A DNA stretch of 63,150 nt from a virus (Duplodnaviria; Caudoviricetes). The translations under genes and the position numbers were made by a program. Under the pieces are notes generated by a model that worked only from the letters and a program-made list of their open reading frames with translations, ran no database searches and was not told the origin of the DNA. This document shows, one piece after another, positions 8,768 to 17,002 of this stretch; the stretch's first letter is position 1; every line of letters begins with the position of its first letter. The stretch is taken from positions 1 through 63,150 of IMG/VR virus record IMGVR_UViG_3300049928_000025. One strand, 5' to 3'.

Positions 8768-9263
8768 ATACGATCGCGTCTTAGCCGAAGCGCAGACGGA
8801 CGCAATGAACCTCGCGCATCGGCTGTTCAGCAATACGTTGCCGTCTGTCCACTGGCGCGACCTGAAGGCCATCGCGGACGCATACTATGCGCCCGTCTGC
8901 CGGCAGCACATTGAGGCCGAGCGCCGTGCCACAGACGCGGAAAAAGAGCTCGTCGATCTGACCTGGCAGCGCCGTCGAGCCCAAGAGGAAGCGGATCGGT
9001 GGCGCCGGATCGCGGAGCGCTTAGAAACCGAGAAGCAGGATGAGCGCGAGGCGTGCGCTGCAATCTGCGACGAGCGGGCCAAATACTTCGATCAGGCGCC
9101 CGCGCATCGGGATTGGACAGACGCCGCCCGGAGCTACCGCGCGACCGCTAAAGACATCAGAAGTCGGTCCTGGAAGGCCGCGGCAATCGCCGCCATCCCA
9201 CCTCAACCGCAGGAGGCCGATCGCCCTGCCCAGACCCTGAAGAGCGGGGAGGGGCGGTCGTGA
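8757..9263 (+). CDS. Hypothetical protein
   Basis: AGGAGG RBS; EREACAAICD module. Confidence 0.7.
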   Translation: MAGEYDRVLAEAQTDAMNLAHRLFSNTLPSVHWRDLKAIADAYYAPVCRQHIEAERRATDAEKELVDLTWQRRRAQEEADRWRRIAERLETEKQDEREACAAICDERAKYFDQAPAHRDWTDAARSYRATAKDIRSRSWKAAAIAAIPPQPQEADRPAQTLKSGEGRS

Positions 9264-9793
9264 GCGCAATCATCTCCCCCTGCGGCCTCTACCGCACGCG
9301 GCTCGACCGCGACATGGGTTTCCTCGACGGCGAGCCGGTCATCGGTTGGATGCTGCACAACCCCAGCACCGCCGACGCCGAACTGAACGACCCAACGGCT
9401 CGGCGTGGCATCGCGTTCACACGTCGCGAGGGCGGCCGGCGCATGATTTTCATGAACCCGTGGGCCGGGCGGGCGACGAGCCCCGCCGATCTGTGGCGGA
9501 TGGCCGACCCTGTCGGCTCGACCAACGATGAGGCGATCCGCGCGGCGCTAGACGAGATCAGGGCGAGCGGCGGATTTGTCGTCGCGGCCTGGGGGCGGGT
9601 CAATCCGCCAGCGGCGCTGCGGGCGCAGGCCCGGCGCCGACTCGACGATGTCTGCGAGATGATCCATGCGGCCGGCGTGCCCCTGTTTTGCCTCGGCACC
9701 AACGCGGACGGCTCGCCCAAGCACCCACTCTACGTCAGGAGCGACGCCCCGCTGATCCCCTGGCCGCACCAGACCCCGGAGTCCTCCCCATGA
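9260..9793 (+). CDS. DUF1643 family protein
   Basis: SPCGLYR..NPSTADA..DPT..AAWG..GSPKHPLY. Confidence 0.9.
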   Translation: MSAIISPCGLYRTRLDRDMGFLDGEPVIGWMLHNPSTADAELNDPTARRGIAFTRREGGRRMIFMNPWAGRATSPADLWRMADPVGSTNDEAIRAALDEIRASGGFVVAAWGRVNPPAALRAQARRRLDDVCEMIHAAGVPLFCLGTNADGSPKHPLYVRSDAPLIPWPHQTPESSP

Positions 9794-10017
9794 CCGCTGA
9801 CACCGAGAGGGCAGGGCTGGCGGTCATCCTCGCCGGCCTCGAACAGCCCGACCCCGAGATGATCAAGGCGGCCTGGGCCACATGGCTCGCTCGGGACAGC
9901 CGCAAGCTCGGCCCTGGCCCCGCATTCGTCGAGGCGATCACGGCCGCGAACCGGGTGCTGCTCTCCCGAGCCCGTGCCTCCGGTATCCCGGTCGATGAGG
10001 TGGGAGGTGGATCATGA
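9790..10017 (+). CDS. Hypothetical protein
   Basis: ATGA coupling. Confidence 0.6.
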   Translation: MTADTERAGLAVILAGLEQPDPEMIKAAWATWLARDSRKLGPGPAFVEAITAANRVLLSRARASGIPVDEVGGGS

Positions 10018-10361
10018 CGCATAGGTTTCCGCCTCTACGAATGGCGATCATTGACCTGTGGGGCCAGACCGAAAGCGAGTGCGGGATCTGCGAGGCGTGG
10101 GGGGCACACCGCCATGCGGTCGGCTGGTACTGCGGCCCCGTCAAAGAGGGTATCGGAGAGCCCGTTCCTGAGTGGGGGCCGGACGCAGTCGCCGGCGGTC
10201 GGACGGTCTGCAAGGCGTGCCATGATCGTTTCTGTGGCACGGCCGACGCCGTGATTTCGACCTTGATGGGCCAACTCGCCGACCCCGCTCCCCCGCCCCG
10301 GTCGCCACAGCCACGGATGAGGAGGGTAGAAGATGACGTGGACACGAAAGCCGGCCATTGA
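10014..10361 (+). CDS. Hypothetical Zn-finger-like protein
   Basis: CGIC, CKAC; GGAGG RBS. Confidence 0.6.
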   Translation: MTHRFPPLRMAIIDLWGQTESECGICEAWGAHRHAVGWYCGPVKEGIGEPVPEWGPDAVAGGRTVCKACHDRFCGTADAVISTLMGQLADPAPPPRSPQPRMRRVEDDVDTKAGH

Positions 10362-10662
10362 GGGCCGCGGGCCGGTCTGCAATTGTTGTGGAGCAATCAC
10401 GACTACATTTTCCGCCGATGCTGTGATTGCGGTTGGTTTTGGATCCGCCTGCGTCACGCGAGATGGCGTAGCGGTCTACGACGAACAGCAGGCCCTCACT
10501 GAGCGCGAGCTATGGGACGGAGCCGACGCCGAGCGCGCCGCCGCAGCCGATCCAGATCACGACTGGCAAATCTGCAAGTTCGGGCCGCTGTCGTCGTCAG
10601 TCTATCAGCGCCACGGCGAAGGCCAATGGGTCCTAATCGAGCGTGGCGATGGCTTCGCCTAA
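10333..10662 (+). CDS. Hypothetical protein
   Basis: GGAGG RBS. Confidence 0.65.
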   Translation: MTWTRKPAIEGRGPVCNCCGAITTTFSADAVIAVGFGSACVTRDGVAVYDEQQALTERELWDGADAERAAAADPDHDWQICKFGPLSSSVYQRHGEGQWVLIERGDGFA

Positions 10663-10714
10663 CCTCACCCCACAGTTGCCAGATGACAACGGTCAAGCTG
10701 AAAGGAGATGAAGC

Positions 10715-10984
10715 GTGAGTAGGGAGCGTTTGTACCCGCCGGATTGGCTCGACACCGACACGGCGGCTTACATGGTCAGCATGTCTGTCGACACCTTCAA
10801 CCGGCGGGTGGGGGACGGCACTCTTCCGAAGCCCGTCACGGTAGGCGGCAAGCGGCTCTGGCATCGCGCCAAGCTGAGCGAGGCGCTAGAACGCAAGGAC
10901 CCGGCGTTCCTCGACGCTGACGATCCGATCATGAGAGAGCTGCGTGGGAAGACGAAGGACCGCCGTCGTGGCCTTGCCGCCTGA
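10715..10984 (+). CDS. xis: Excisionase / AlpA-like HTH protein
   Basis: AAYMVSMSVDTF..V.DG.LPKP...GGKRLW; overlaps integrase start. Confidence 0.8.
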   Translation: MSRERLYPPDWLDTDTAAYMVSMSVDTFNRRVGDGTLPKPVTVGGKRLWHRAKLSEALERKDPAFLDADDPIMRELRGKTKDRRRGLAA

Positions 10985-11993
10985 GGTGCATCGCGTCGTA
11001 GCGCGGGGGAAGCCATATTATTACTGGCACCCCGGCCGCGGCACTTCGCACGCGATCGACAAGCCGGTTCGGCTGCCGGACGCCGAGACCGAAACACGAA
11101 AGTTCTGGCAGGAAATTGAGCGCCTGGGCGGCAAGCCCGAGTTCGATGAGAAGTCCGTGGCCGCGATGCTGACCAAGTATGAAGCCTCTGAACAGTTCGA
11201 GGCTCTGTCGGCCGCTACACGCAAAGACTACAAGCGGTATGTGGAATTCTGGACGAAGCACCTAGGCAAGTTTGGCGCCGCCGACATCCGAGCCTCGCAC
11301 ATTCTGCACGTTCGAGACGAAGAATATGCCGGCAAACTATCAACCGGCAACCATTCAGTTGCGGTTCTGTCAGCCGCCTACAAGTGGGGCATCCCACGCG
11401 ACTATGCTGCCAACAATCCGGCGTCAGCAGTGCCAAAATCCAAGATCGACAGCGATGGCCGGTTACCATGGCCGCCGTGGGCGCTTGAGATCGCGCACAA
11501 GCACTTCCGGCCAGAGTTGCGTCGCGCCGTGGCGCTCGGACTCTACACGGGCCAACGCCTCGGCGACGTGCTGCGAATGCACCGCGACCACATCCAGGGC
11601 GGAGCCATTCACGTCACTCAGTCCAAAACGGGGAAGGATCTAGCCATCCCGATCCATGTCGCCCTGCGGCCCGAGATCGAAGCTTTCCTGGCCGGCAAGC
11701 ACAACTTTCTCGTCTGCCGAGCCGATGACCGCCCACTGACCTCGCAGGATTTTCAGGCGATGTGGTCGCGCGAGATGGCGAAGAAACCTCAAGAGCGGAT
11801 TAAGCAGGAGGGGTTCAGCTTCCACGGGCTGCGCACGCTGGCTGTCGCGTCGCTCGCCGCGACCGGGAACAACCCCATCCAGATCGCCGCCATCACCGGC
11901 CAATCGCTCAATATAGTGGAGCACTACCTGAAGGAGCACCGCCAGATCGAGCTGGCCTCGCAGGCCATAAAGGCGTGGGAAACGGCGGTCTGA
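10944..11993 (+). CDS. int: Tyrosine integrase
   Basis: YYYW arm-binding N-terminus; TGQRLGD (R), QSKTG (K), FHGLR, HY. Confidence 0.95.
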   Translation: MGRRRTAVVALPPEVHRVVARGKPYYYWHPGRGTSHAIDKPVRLPDAETETRKFWQEIERLGGKPEFDEKSVAAMLTKYEASEQFEALSAATRKDYKRYVEFWTKHLGKFGAADIRASHILHVRDEEYAGKLSTGNHSVAVLSAAYKWGIPRDYAANNPASAVPKSKIDSDGRLPWPPWALEIAHKHFRPELRRAVALGLYTGQRLGDVLRMHRDHIQGGAIHVTQSKTGKDLAIPIHVALRPEIEAFLAGKHNFLVCRADDRPLTSQDFQAMWSREMAKKPQERIKQEGFSFHGLRTLAVASLAATGNNPIQIAAITGQSLNIVEHYLKEHRQIELASQAIKAWETAV

Positions 11994-11995
11994 GC

Positions 11996-12179
11996 GTTTT
12001 ACAAAAAAGCGCTTTGTTCCGGGTCTGATCCGGGGTACGCTGAAAACCAAGTTGCAAGGAAATCAGTCGCTTAGGAGGGAAACGGCTGTTCTACCGTTAA
12101 ACTATCCCCCACCAAGTCCTTGTTAGATAAGGACTTTCGGTCAGTCCGTTTTGCAAATCCCTGAGGTTTTACAAATCCC
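11996..12179. other. attP region: core matches the 5' end of a tRNA (Gln-like) on - strand; arm-type repeats
   Basis: Minus strand 12111-12085 TGGGGGATAGTTTAACGGTAGAACAGC; GTTTTRCAAA at 11996, 12148, 12166; IHF-like AATCAGTCGCTTA at 12061; inverted repeat 12114-12136. Confidence 0.75.
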
Positions 12180-12265
12180 GCTTTGTGCGCGGTCCGTTCC
12201 GACGCCGATGCGTATGCCCGCATTCGCTCCGGAACGCAAGCGCCGATGTGCGAGAAGGAGGAGAG

Positions 12266-13048
12266 ATGCCTGCTGTCACCGTCGCGCGGTCAGCCGAGAA
12301 AGAGGCGCTGCTATTCGAGAGCAAGGTCGTGCCGGAGCCGAACACGGGCTGCTGGCTGTGGACTGGAGGCCTGGACCGCGACGGCTACGGCCACATGCAT
12401 ATTCGTTTGGGTGAGGCGTGGACCACAACGCCAGCGCATCGCGGCATGTGGCAGTTGCGGCACGGACCAATGCCCGCCGACCTCATGGCGTGCCACTCCT
12501 GCGACACGCCTTGCTGTGTGAACCCCGACCACGTGTGGCCAGGAACCGCTGAGCAGAACAACGCTGATTGCCAGCGTAAGGGGCGGAAAAGGTCACGCCC
12601 ACGCAACCCGTGCAAGCTGCATATCAAGCGGATCACCGTGGCAGATGCCGAAGCCGCCGGTCGCGACCCTTCGTTCCCCGAAGAGCGGGCCCGACGCCTG
12701 TTGATGCGGGCCTACAAGCGCCGTGACCCGGTTTGGCGCGAGGCTCATATCGCCAGAGTTATGGCGAGCCGAACCGCCACGCGGCACGATCCAATCGATG
12801 CCCAGACGGAGGCCGAGAAACGGGCGATGATCGCCGGCTACGGCATGGCAGTCGCAATCTTGATGCGGCTGCGCGATGAGCCTGTCATCGCGGCCGACCT
12901 CATCATCGAAAGTGGGTTCGGTTTGGCCGACTTCCGTGCCAGTGGCCTCGAGGCCTACGACCTCAATCCGCTTGAGAAGCTGTACCGCAGCGAGCGCCGC
13001 CTCCGTAGGCGTTCTCCCGCCTCCTCCAATAGGGGAGGGCCGGTGTGA
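12266..13048 (+). CDS. HNH (Zn-binding loop type) endonuclease fused to unknown domain
   Basis: GCWLWTG..GYG..AHR..CHSCDTPCCVNPDH..GT...N..D. Confidence 0.8.
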   Translation: MPAVTVARSAEKEALLFESKVVPEPNTGCWLWTGGLDRDGYGHMHIRLGEAWTTTPAHRGMWQLRHGPMPADLMACHSCDTPCCVNPDHVWPGTAEQNNADCQRKGRKRSRPRNPCKLHIKRITVADAEAAGRDPSFPEERARRLLMRAYKRRDPVWREAHIARVMASRTATRHDPIDAQTEAEKRAMIAGYGMAVAILMRLRDEPVIAADLIIESGFGLADFRASGLEAYDLNPLEKLYRSERRLRRRSPASSNRGGPV

Positions 13049-13368
13049 TGGACGAGCCGCACGACTGGCAAGCACACCTTGCCGAGGTCAGAAAAATCCT
13101 TGAGAGCCACGGATACCATCCTGCGGCTTGGGAGGTTCGGGACGCGGCTGCCGAGATCGCCCGCCTGCGGGCTCATGTGGGCGATCTGGAGGCTGAGAAT
13201 GCACGACTTCTCGGCATGATCGACCGCATGGCCGCAGCGGCCAACGAACTTGTCTCGGCCGCGCGCTCGCACTGCCCGAAAGACCGGCGGTTCAGCTCGG
13301 CGTGGAAGCGGATGCGTGGCGCAATCCCAGTCCAAATCGTGGGCTCTGAGGCCGGAGACCAGCCATGA
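13045..13368 (+). CDS. Hypothetical coiled-coil protein
   Basis: Coupled ORF; AAAEIARLRA module. Confidence 0.65.
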   Translation: MMDEPHDWQAHLAEVRKILESHGYHPAAWEVRDAAAEIARLRAHVGDLEAENARLLGMIDRMAAAANELVSAARSHCPKDRRFSSAWKRMRGAIPVQIVGSEAGDQP

Positions 13369-13991
13369 CCGACCTCCCCGCCCGCCTCCGCACCGATGCC
13401 GCGGGCCTCGATCGCCTGGCAGCAAGATACCGCTCAACCGGGATAGACCGCGATGGTGCTGAACTCGGCGAGCGAGCCGGCCTCATGCGAGCTGCTGCCG
13501 ATGAGATTGAGAGGCTGCGCGGGATGGCGCTGCCGGCCGTTGCGCGTCACGGCCATCCCGATAGCGATCCCTCGCGCATGCCTGACTGGTACGATACCGC
13601 TCGGCAAACGAACGCGGCGCTCACGCTGAAGGGCGGCATCCACGAGGCCGATGTCGGCTTTGATTGTATACTGAGCCTGAATGATGTCGGGCTGAAGGTG
13701 CTTCGGCGAGCGTTAGAGCGGGCCTTCATGGAAGGCCAGGAGCATGCCCGCGCCAGCGCGGTTGACGAAGTCGAGGCGCCCGACCTTGAGGTCACAGAAC
13801 AGATCTGTCTCGACAAGCTGAAGCAGGAGAGGGATGCGTACAAGGATGCGTTGAGACCATTTGCGAGGGAGGCTGAGAGGATCGCTCGCGAGTGGCCCAG
13901 CATGACTGGCCCTGACGTGCAATGGCAGATCAAGTTTCGTCACCTGGATCGCGCCCGCGCCCTCCTATCCCAATCCTCTGAAGGGAAATGA
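13365..13991 (+). CDS. Mosaic protein with in-frame degenerate L4-cargo-R4 cassette
   Basis: AADEIERLR and ERDAYKDALRPFA modules separated by an element-flanked insert. Confidence 0.65.
   Translation: MTDLPARLRTDAAGLDRLAARYRSTGIDRDGAELGERAGLMRAAADEIERLRGMALPAVARHGHPDSDPSRMPDWYDTARQTNAALTLKGGIHEADVGFDCILSLNDVGLKVLRRALERAFMEGQEHARASAVDEVEAPDLEVTEQICLDKLKQERDAYKDALRPFAREAERIAREWPSMTGPDVQWQIKFRHLDRARALLSQSSEGK
13526..13577 (-). repeat. Degenerate left element L4
   Basis: GGCGC...GCGATCCCTCGCGC end, as in L2. Confidence 0.55.
13749..13781 (+). repeat. Internally deleted right element R4
   Basis: GCGCGGTTGACGAAGTCGAGGCGCC differs by one base from the end of R1. Confidence 0.7.
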
Positions 13992-13995
13992 TGCC

Positions 13996-14241
13996 ATGGG
14001 CCTCACGCCTCTGCACATCCTGATCGCCATTCACTACCACTGCCACGTAGAGCAGCACCCCATGCTACACAACCAAGTCCACCGGGATTACGCCGAGGAT
14101 CTCGCGGAGTGTGGGCTACTTCGAGCCGCCGGCCGCCATGACGATGCAACAGCAGCATACGAGAAAACAGATGCCCTCGCCGTCTTCGTCGAGGCCCTGT
14201 GCTCCACCCCATTTCCAGTTCATAAGTGGGTGATGCCATGA
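13996..14241 (+). CDS. Hypothetical protein
   Basis: Coupled ORF. Confidence 0.6.
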   Translation: MGLTPLHILIAIHYHCHVEQHPMLHNQVHRDYAEDLAECGLLRAAGRHDDATAAYEKTDALAVFVEALCSTPFPVHKWVMP

Positions 14242-14348
14242 TGCCTCCGTGGGTTCTGGTCGCTGGCTTACTGTGTTTCGTCGGTCTGATCGGATGGGCA
14301 ACTATCCTCGCCGTCAAGATGGCCAAGGATGATCGCGATGCTTTCTGA
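14238..14348 (+). CDS. 36-aa membrane peptide
   Basis: MMPPWVLVAGLLCFVGLIGWATILAVK...; ATGA overlap. Confidence 0.55.
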   Translation: MMPPWVLVAGLLCFVGLIGWATILAVKMAKDDRDAF

Positions 14349-14415
14349 CGTCGTATTCTATTCGGCGCTCGCCTTCCTTGCGAGCCTACCGGTCGCCGTG
14401 TGGTCGGTTCGATGA
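14338..14415 (+). CDS. 25-aa membrane peptide
   Basis: MLSDVVFYSALAFLASLPVAVWSVR; overlaps both neighbours. Confidence 0.45.
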   Translation: MLSDVVFYSALAFLASLPVAVWSVR

Positions 14416-14564
14416 CTTGGCTTGCGGGCATCGGCCTCCTGCTCGGTTTCGCCCTGATGGTCTGGTCGTGGCATGATGTGAGATTGCCCGACTGGACAGC
14501 GGGCCTTGGCTTTCTCGTCGGCGCTGTAGGGGGCGGAGTCTTCCTGAGCCAGGTGCTCTCATAG
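14412..14564 (+). CDS. 50-aa two-TM peptide
   Basis: MTWLAGIGLLLGFALMVWSW...GLGFLVGAVGGGVFLS; ATGA overlap. Confidence 0.55.
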   Translation: MTWLAGIGLLLGFALMVWSWHDVRLPDWTAGLGFLVGAVGGGVFLSQVLS

Positions 14565-14566
14565 CG

Positions 14567-14621
14567 GGGCGCATCCGGCTTTACCGGACCGCTGGTCGCG
14601 CGGCGCGAGCCCGGTTCCCTG
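14567..14621 (-). repeat. Degenerate left element L5
   Basis: GGGCGC-hp(CCGG/CCGG)-ACCGC..-CGAGCC..CCCTGA. Confidence 0.55.
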
Positions 14622-14677
14622 AAATACGGCGACTGACACGACTTGCACAACATACGCTTATAGAGCATGATGGCATC

Positions 14678-14881
14678 ATGCAGAATAAACTTAAAGACCA
14701 GCGCATCCCCGTCATGATGACCGCCTCCGAGGTGAAGGCGATCGACGACTGGATGTTCGCGAACCGCCTTCGCTCCCGCAGCGAGGCCATCCGGCAGCTT
14801 GTGGCTCAGAGCCTGAAGGGCATACCTGCGTCAGGGATCGAAGCGGCCTCTGGCCGGCAGGACGCGACAACGGAGCGGTAG
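14678..14881 (+). CDS. Ribbon-helix-helix regulator
   Basis: RIPVMM..SEVKAIDDW.F.NR..SRSEAIRQLV. Confidence 0.85.
   Translation: MQNKLKDQRIPVMMTASEVKAIDDWMFANRLRSRSEAIRQLVAQSLKGIPASGIEAASGRQDATTER
14828..14863 (+). repeat. Partial right element (inner arm) inside RHH gene
   Basis: GCGTCAGGGATCGAAGC-hp, reverse complement of the L inner end. Confidence 0.65.
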
Positions 14882-14882
14882 G

Positions 14883-15164
14883 ATGACAGCCGAAGAGATT
14901 GCTGAAGGGTTTGGCCCTGAGCGCCCAGATTGCCTGCTGCCATGTCCATTCTGCGGCGGCGGGCAGTACCAAGGGAGGCCAACTCATTTGCCGCCCCGCA
15001 TGGAAGGGCCGGGCGCCCTGATCACCTTCACGATCTTGCATTGGTGCGAGGGGGCAGCGTGGGGAACTGTTGCGTCGACGCGGCAGGTACGGGCGCGCGA
15101 AGTCGGGCCGGCCGTTGCGGAGTGGAACAGGAGGCCCGCGTCAGGGATAGTCGCCGAAGGCTGA
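14883..15164 (+). CDS. Lar-like (restriction alleviation family) Zn-ribbon protein
   Basis: LLPCPFCGG...A..WNRR. Confidence 0.65.
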   Translation: MTAEEIAEGFGPERPDCLLPCPFCGGGQYQGRPTHLPPRMEGPGALITFTILHWCEGAAWGTVASTRQVRAREVGPAVAEWNRRPASGIVAEG

Positions 15165-15223
15165 GACGCCGTAGGCGGCTCGGGCTCTGCCGACTAGCCC
15201 GGCCCCGGGACGGGGCGACGCCC
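15137..15223 (+). repeat. Four-hairpin dispersed element, right copy R5
   Basis: CGCGTCAGGGAT-hp-GAGAC-hp-GGCTCG-hp-AGCCCGG-hp-ACGCCC. Confidence 0.85.
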
Positions 15224-15241
15224 CGATGCTACACCCCGCCC

Positions 15242-15607
15242 ATGAGCATCCCACCCACCGCCCTCACCTGGTCCCGCGGTCTCGCCAGCCTCTCTCCCGG
15301 CGTCGTCCCGTGCCGCGGTCTCCGCGAAGAGGAATGGCGCGAGACGCACCGCCGCTGCAGCGAGTTCGTCGAGCGCTGGGGGATCCAGGCGCACGAGGCC
15401 GGGTGGGACACGCTGCGCCTCTTTGGCGTTGGGCCGGTCACCGGCACGCTCCGCGGCGATTTCTGCGGGATCCTGATCCCATGCTCGGTCGACGTCCACG
15501 AGGTCACGGCCGAGTGGATCAGGCTGGGGCGGTGGACGGCGTATCGGCGCGAGCCGGTGAAGATGCCCGGCATGGTGGCGGTGTGGGAGGTCGGGAAGGG
15601 CGGTTGA
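15242..15607 (+). CDS. Hypothetical protein
   Basis: F..RWG.QA..AGW..L.LFGV pattern; good codon usage. Confidence 0.65.
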   Translation: MSIPPTALTWSRGLASLSPGVVPCRGLREEEWRETHRRCSEFVERWGIQAHEAGWDTLRLFGVGPVTGTLRGDFCGILIPCSVDVHEVTAEWIRLGRWTAYRREPVKMPGMVAVWEVGKGG

Positions 15608-15634
15608 CTGGCGCACTCATTGAGTACATATTAT
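15604..15634 (+). promoter_or_regulatory. Sigma70-like promoter with palindromic operator
   Basis: TTGACT-17-CATATT; ACTCA-T-TGAGT at 15615-15625 in the spacer. Confidence 0.7.
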
Positions 15635-15691
15635 CTCCATCAGCCGACGTGCTGACGGGCGCCTCGCCGGAGCAGGGGCGGAGACGGGCTC

Positions 15692-16003
15692 ATGACCTAC
15701 TACGTGACGATCGCCGAGCGCCTCGACCGTGGCCATGCCCAGGCCAACGCCACGATCCGGCAGGAGGCCGCCTTCGCCGCGTCCGGCCGCGAGGTGCCGG
15801 CCACGGGATCGCTGGGCACCACCACCAGCAGCGGACAGACGTGGGCCCGCGCCGCGCTCGGCGGCTTCCCGACCGTGGCAGCGGCCCGCAAGGCCGCCCG
15901 CGCCTCGATCCGGAACCGGGGCTTCCGCCCGCGGCGCATGGAGGAGGTCATGGATTACGAGGCGGGCGAGGTCTTCGCCTACGCGATCGAAGGACGGCCG
16001 TGA
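15692..16003 (+). CDS. Small hypothetical protein (anti-defence candidate)
   Basis: First gene after promoter; GGAG RBS. Confidence 0.75.
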   Translation: MTYYVTIAERLDRGHAQANATIRQEAAFAASGREVPATGSLGTTTSSGQTWARAALGGFPTVAAARKAARASIRNRGFRPRRMEEVMDYEAGEVFAYAIEGRP

Positions 16004-16506
16004 TGGCGACCTATGCCGAGACGCAGACCGTCATCGCCCGCGCGTGCCGGTGGGTCGAGGAGCACCCGCGCCGCGCCAAGGCCGTTCGCACCGATCTCGA
16101 CCTCATTCTGCTGATGGCCAATCTCAACGTCGGCCAGGCGAGTGCGGCCTCCCCGATCGGGCAGTTCATGGTGCGCGCCGCCCTCCGGTTGCCGCACAAC
16201 GAAGATCGGGCGCCGCTGGTCCTGCTGGCGGGCTTCCGTGCCGGGATGGACGACTCGGATCCGGTTCACACGGGCCTCAAGGACCTGAAGCGCGTCACGG
16301 AGGGCGACGCGGGCGGCCGGGTGCTGCATCGCCTGACCTACCAAGCCGGTCGCGCCGGGTGCCACCTGTATCAGCTCGGCAAGCTTTTGCATTGCCTCAC
16401 CGAAAACGACGGCGACGAGCGGCCGGATGGCGCGACCAGTTTCGTCTATGGCCTGCTCAGCCAGGCCTACCAGCACCGTTGGACCACGAACAGGGCGGCG
16501 TCCTGA
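16003..16506 (+). CDS. Hypothetical protein (anti-defence candidate)
   Basis: TGATG coupling on both sides. Confidence 0.7.
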   Translation: MATYAETQTVIARACRWVEEHPRRAKAVRTDLDLILLMANLNVGQASAASPIGQFMVRAALRLPHNEDRAPLVLLAGFRAGMDDSDPVHTGLKDLKRVTEGDAGGRVLHRLTYQAGRAGCHLYQLGKLLHCLTENDGDERPDGATSFVYGLLSQAYQHRWTTNRAAS

Positions 16507-16760
16507 TGCCCGCACACCCCAACCGCTCCCGCCGCGCCCCTTCGGTGGCGCGGAACCCCAGCCCGGACGAGATCCGGGCCGCCCGGGAAAAGGCTGGCCT
16601 CACGCAAGAGGCGGCCGGAGCCCTCGTTCACGCCAGCCGCCGAACCTGGATGAACTGGGAATTTTCGGTCGACGCACCGGAGAACCGCGCCATGCATCCT
16701 GGCCTGTTCGAACTGTTTCTGCTCAAGACCGGGCAGTTGTCGACGAAGGCCGTTGCGTGA
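16506..16760 (+). CDS. XRE-type HTH regulator, Aca-like
   Basis: PSPDEIRAAREKAGLTQEAAGALVHASRRTWMNWE. Confidence 0.8.
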   Translation: MPAHPNRSRRAPSVARNPSPDEIRAAREKAGLTQEAAGALVHASRRTWMNWEFSVDAPENRAMHPGLFELFLLKTGQLSTKAVA

Positions 16761-17002
16761 CCGGCGGCGAGGCCTATCGATCCAAGCTCCTGACCCCCGA
16801 CGCCCTCGACACCGCCATCTCCGCCTACCTCGCCGATCCATCCGCACCCGTGGTGCTTGAGATCGGAGACGGGCGCCTCGATGTCGCCGCGGCCGTCTTG
16901 GCGCATCAGTGGTCGGTGGAGGAACTGGCAGTAGAGGATGCGACGCAGGCCCGGAGGCGGCAGGCGGTGAGGACGGCGGTGCTGGTGGCGAGGGTCACCT
17001 AG
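16757..17002 (+). CDS. Hypothetical protein
   Basis: GTGA overlap. Confidence 0.6.
   Translation: MTGGEAYRSKLLTPDALDTAISAYLADPSAPVVLEIGDGRLDVAAAVLAHQWSVEELAVEDATQARRRQAVRTAVLVARVT

Noticed and set aside
12085-12111. Complete tRNA gene
   Set aside because: Only acceptor 5' strand and D arm are present; no anticodon or T arm follows, so treated as att core
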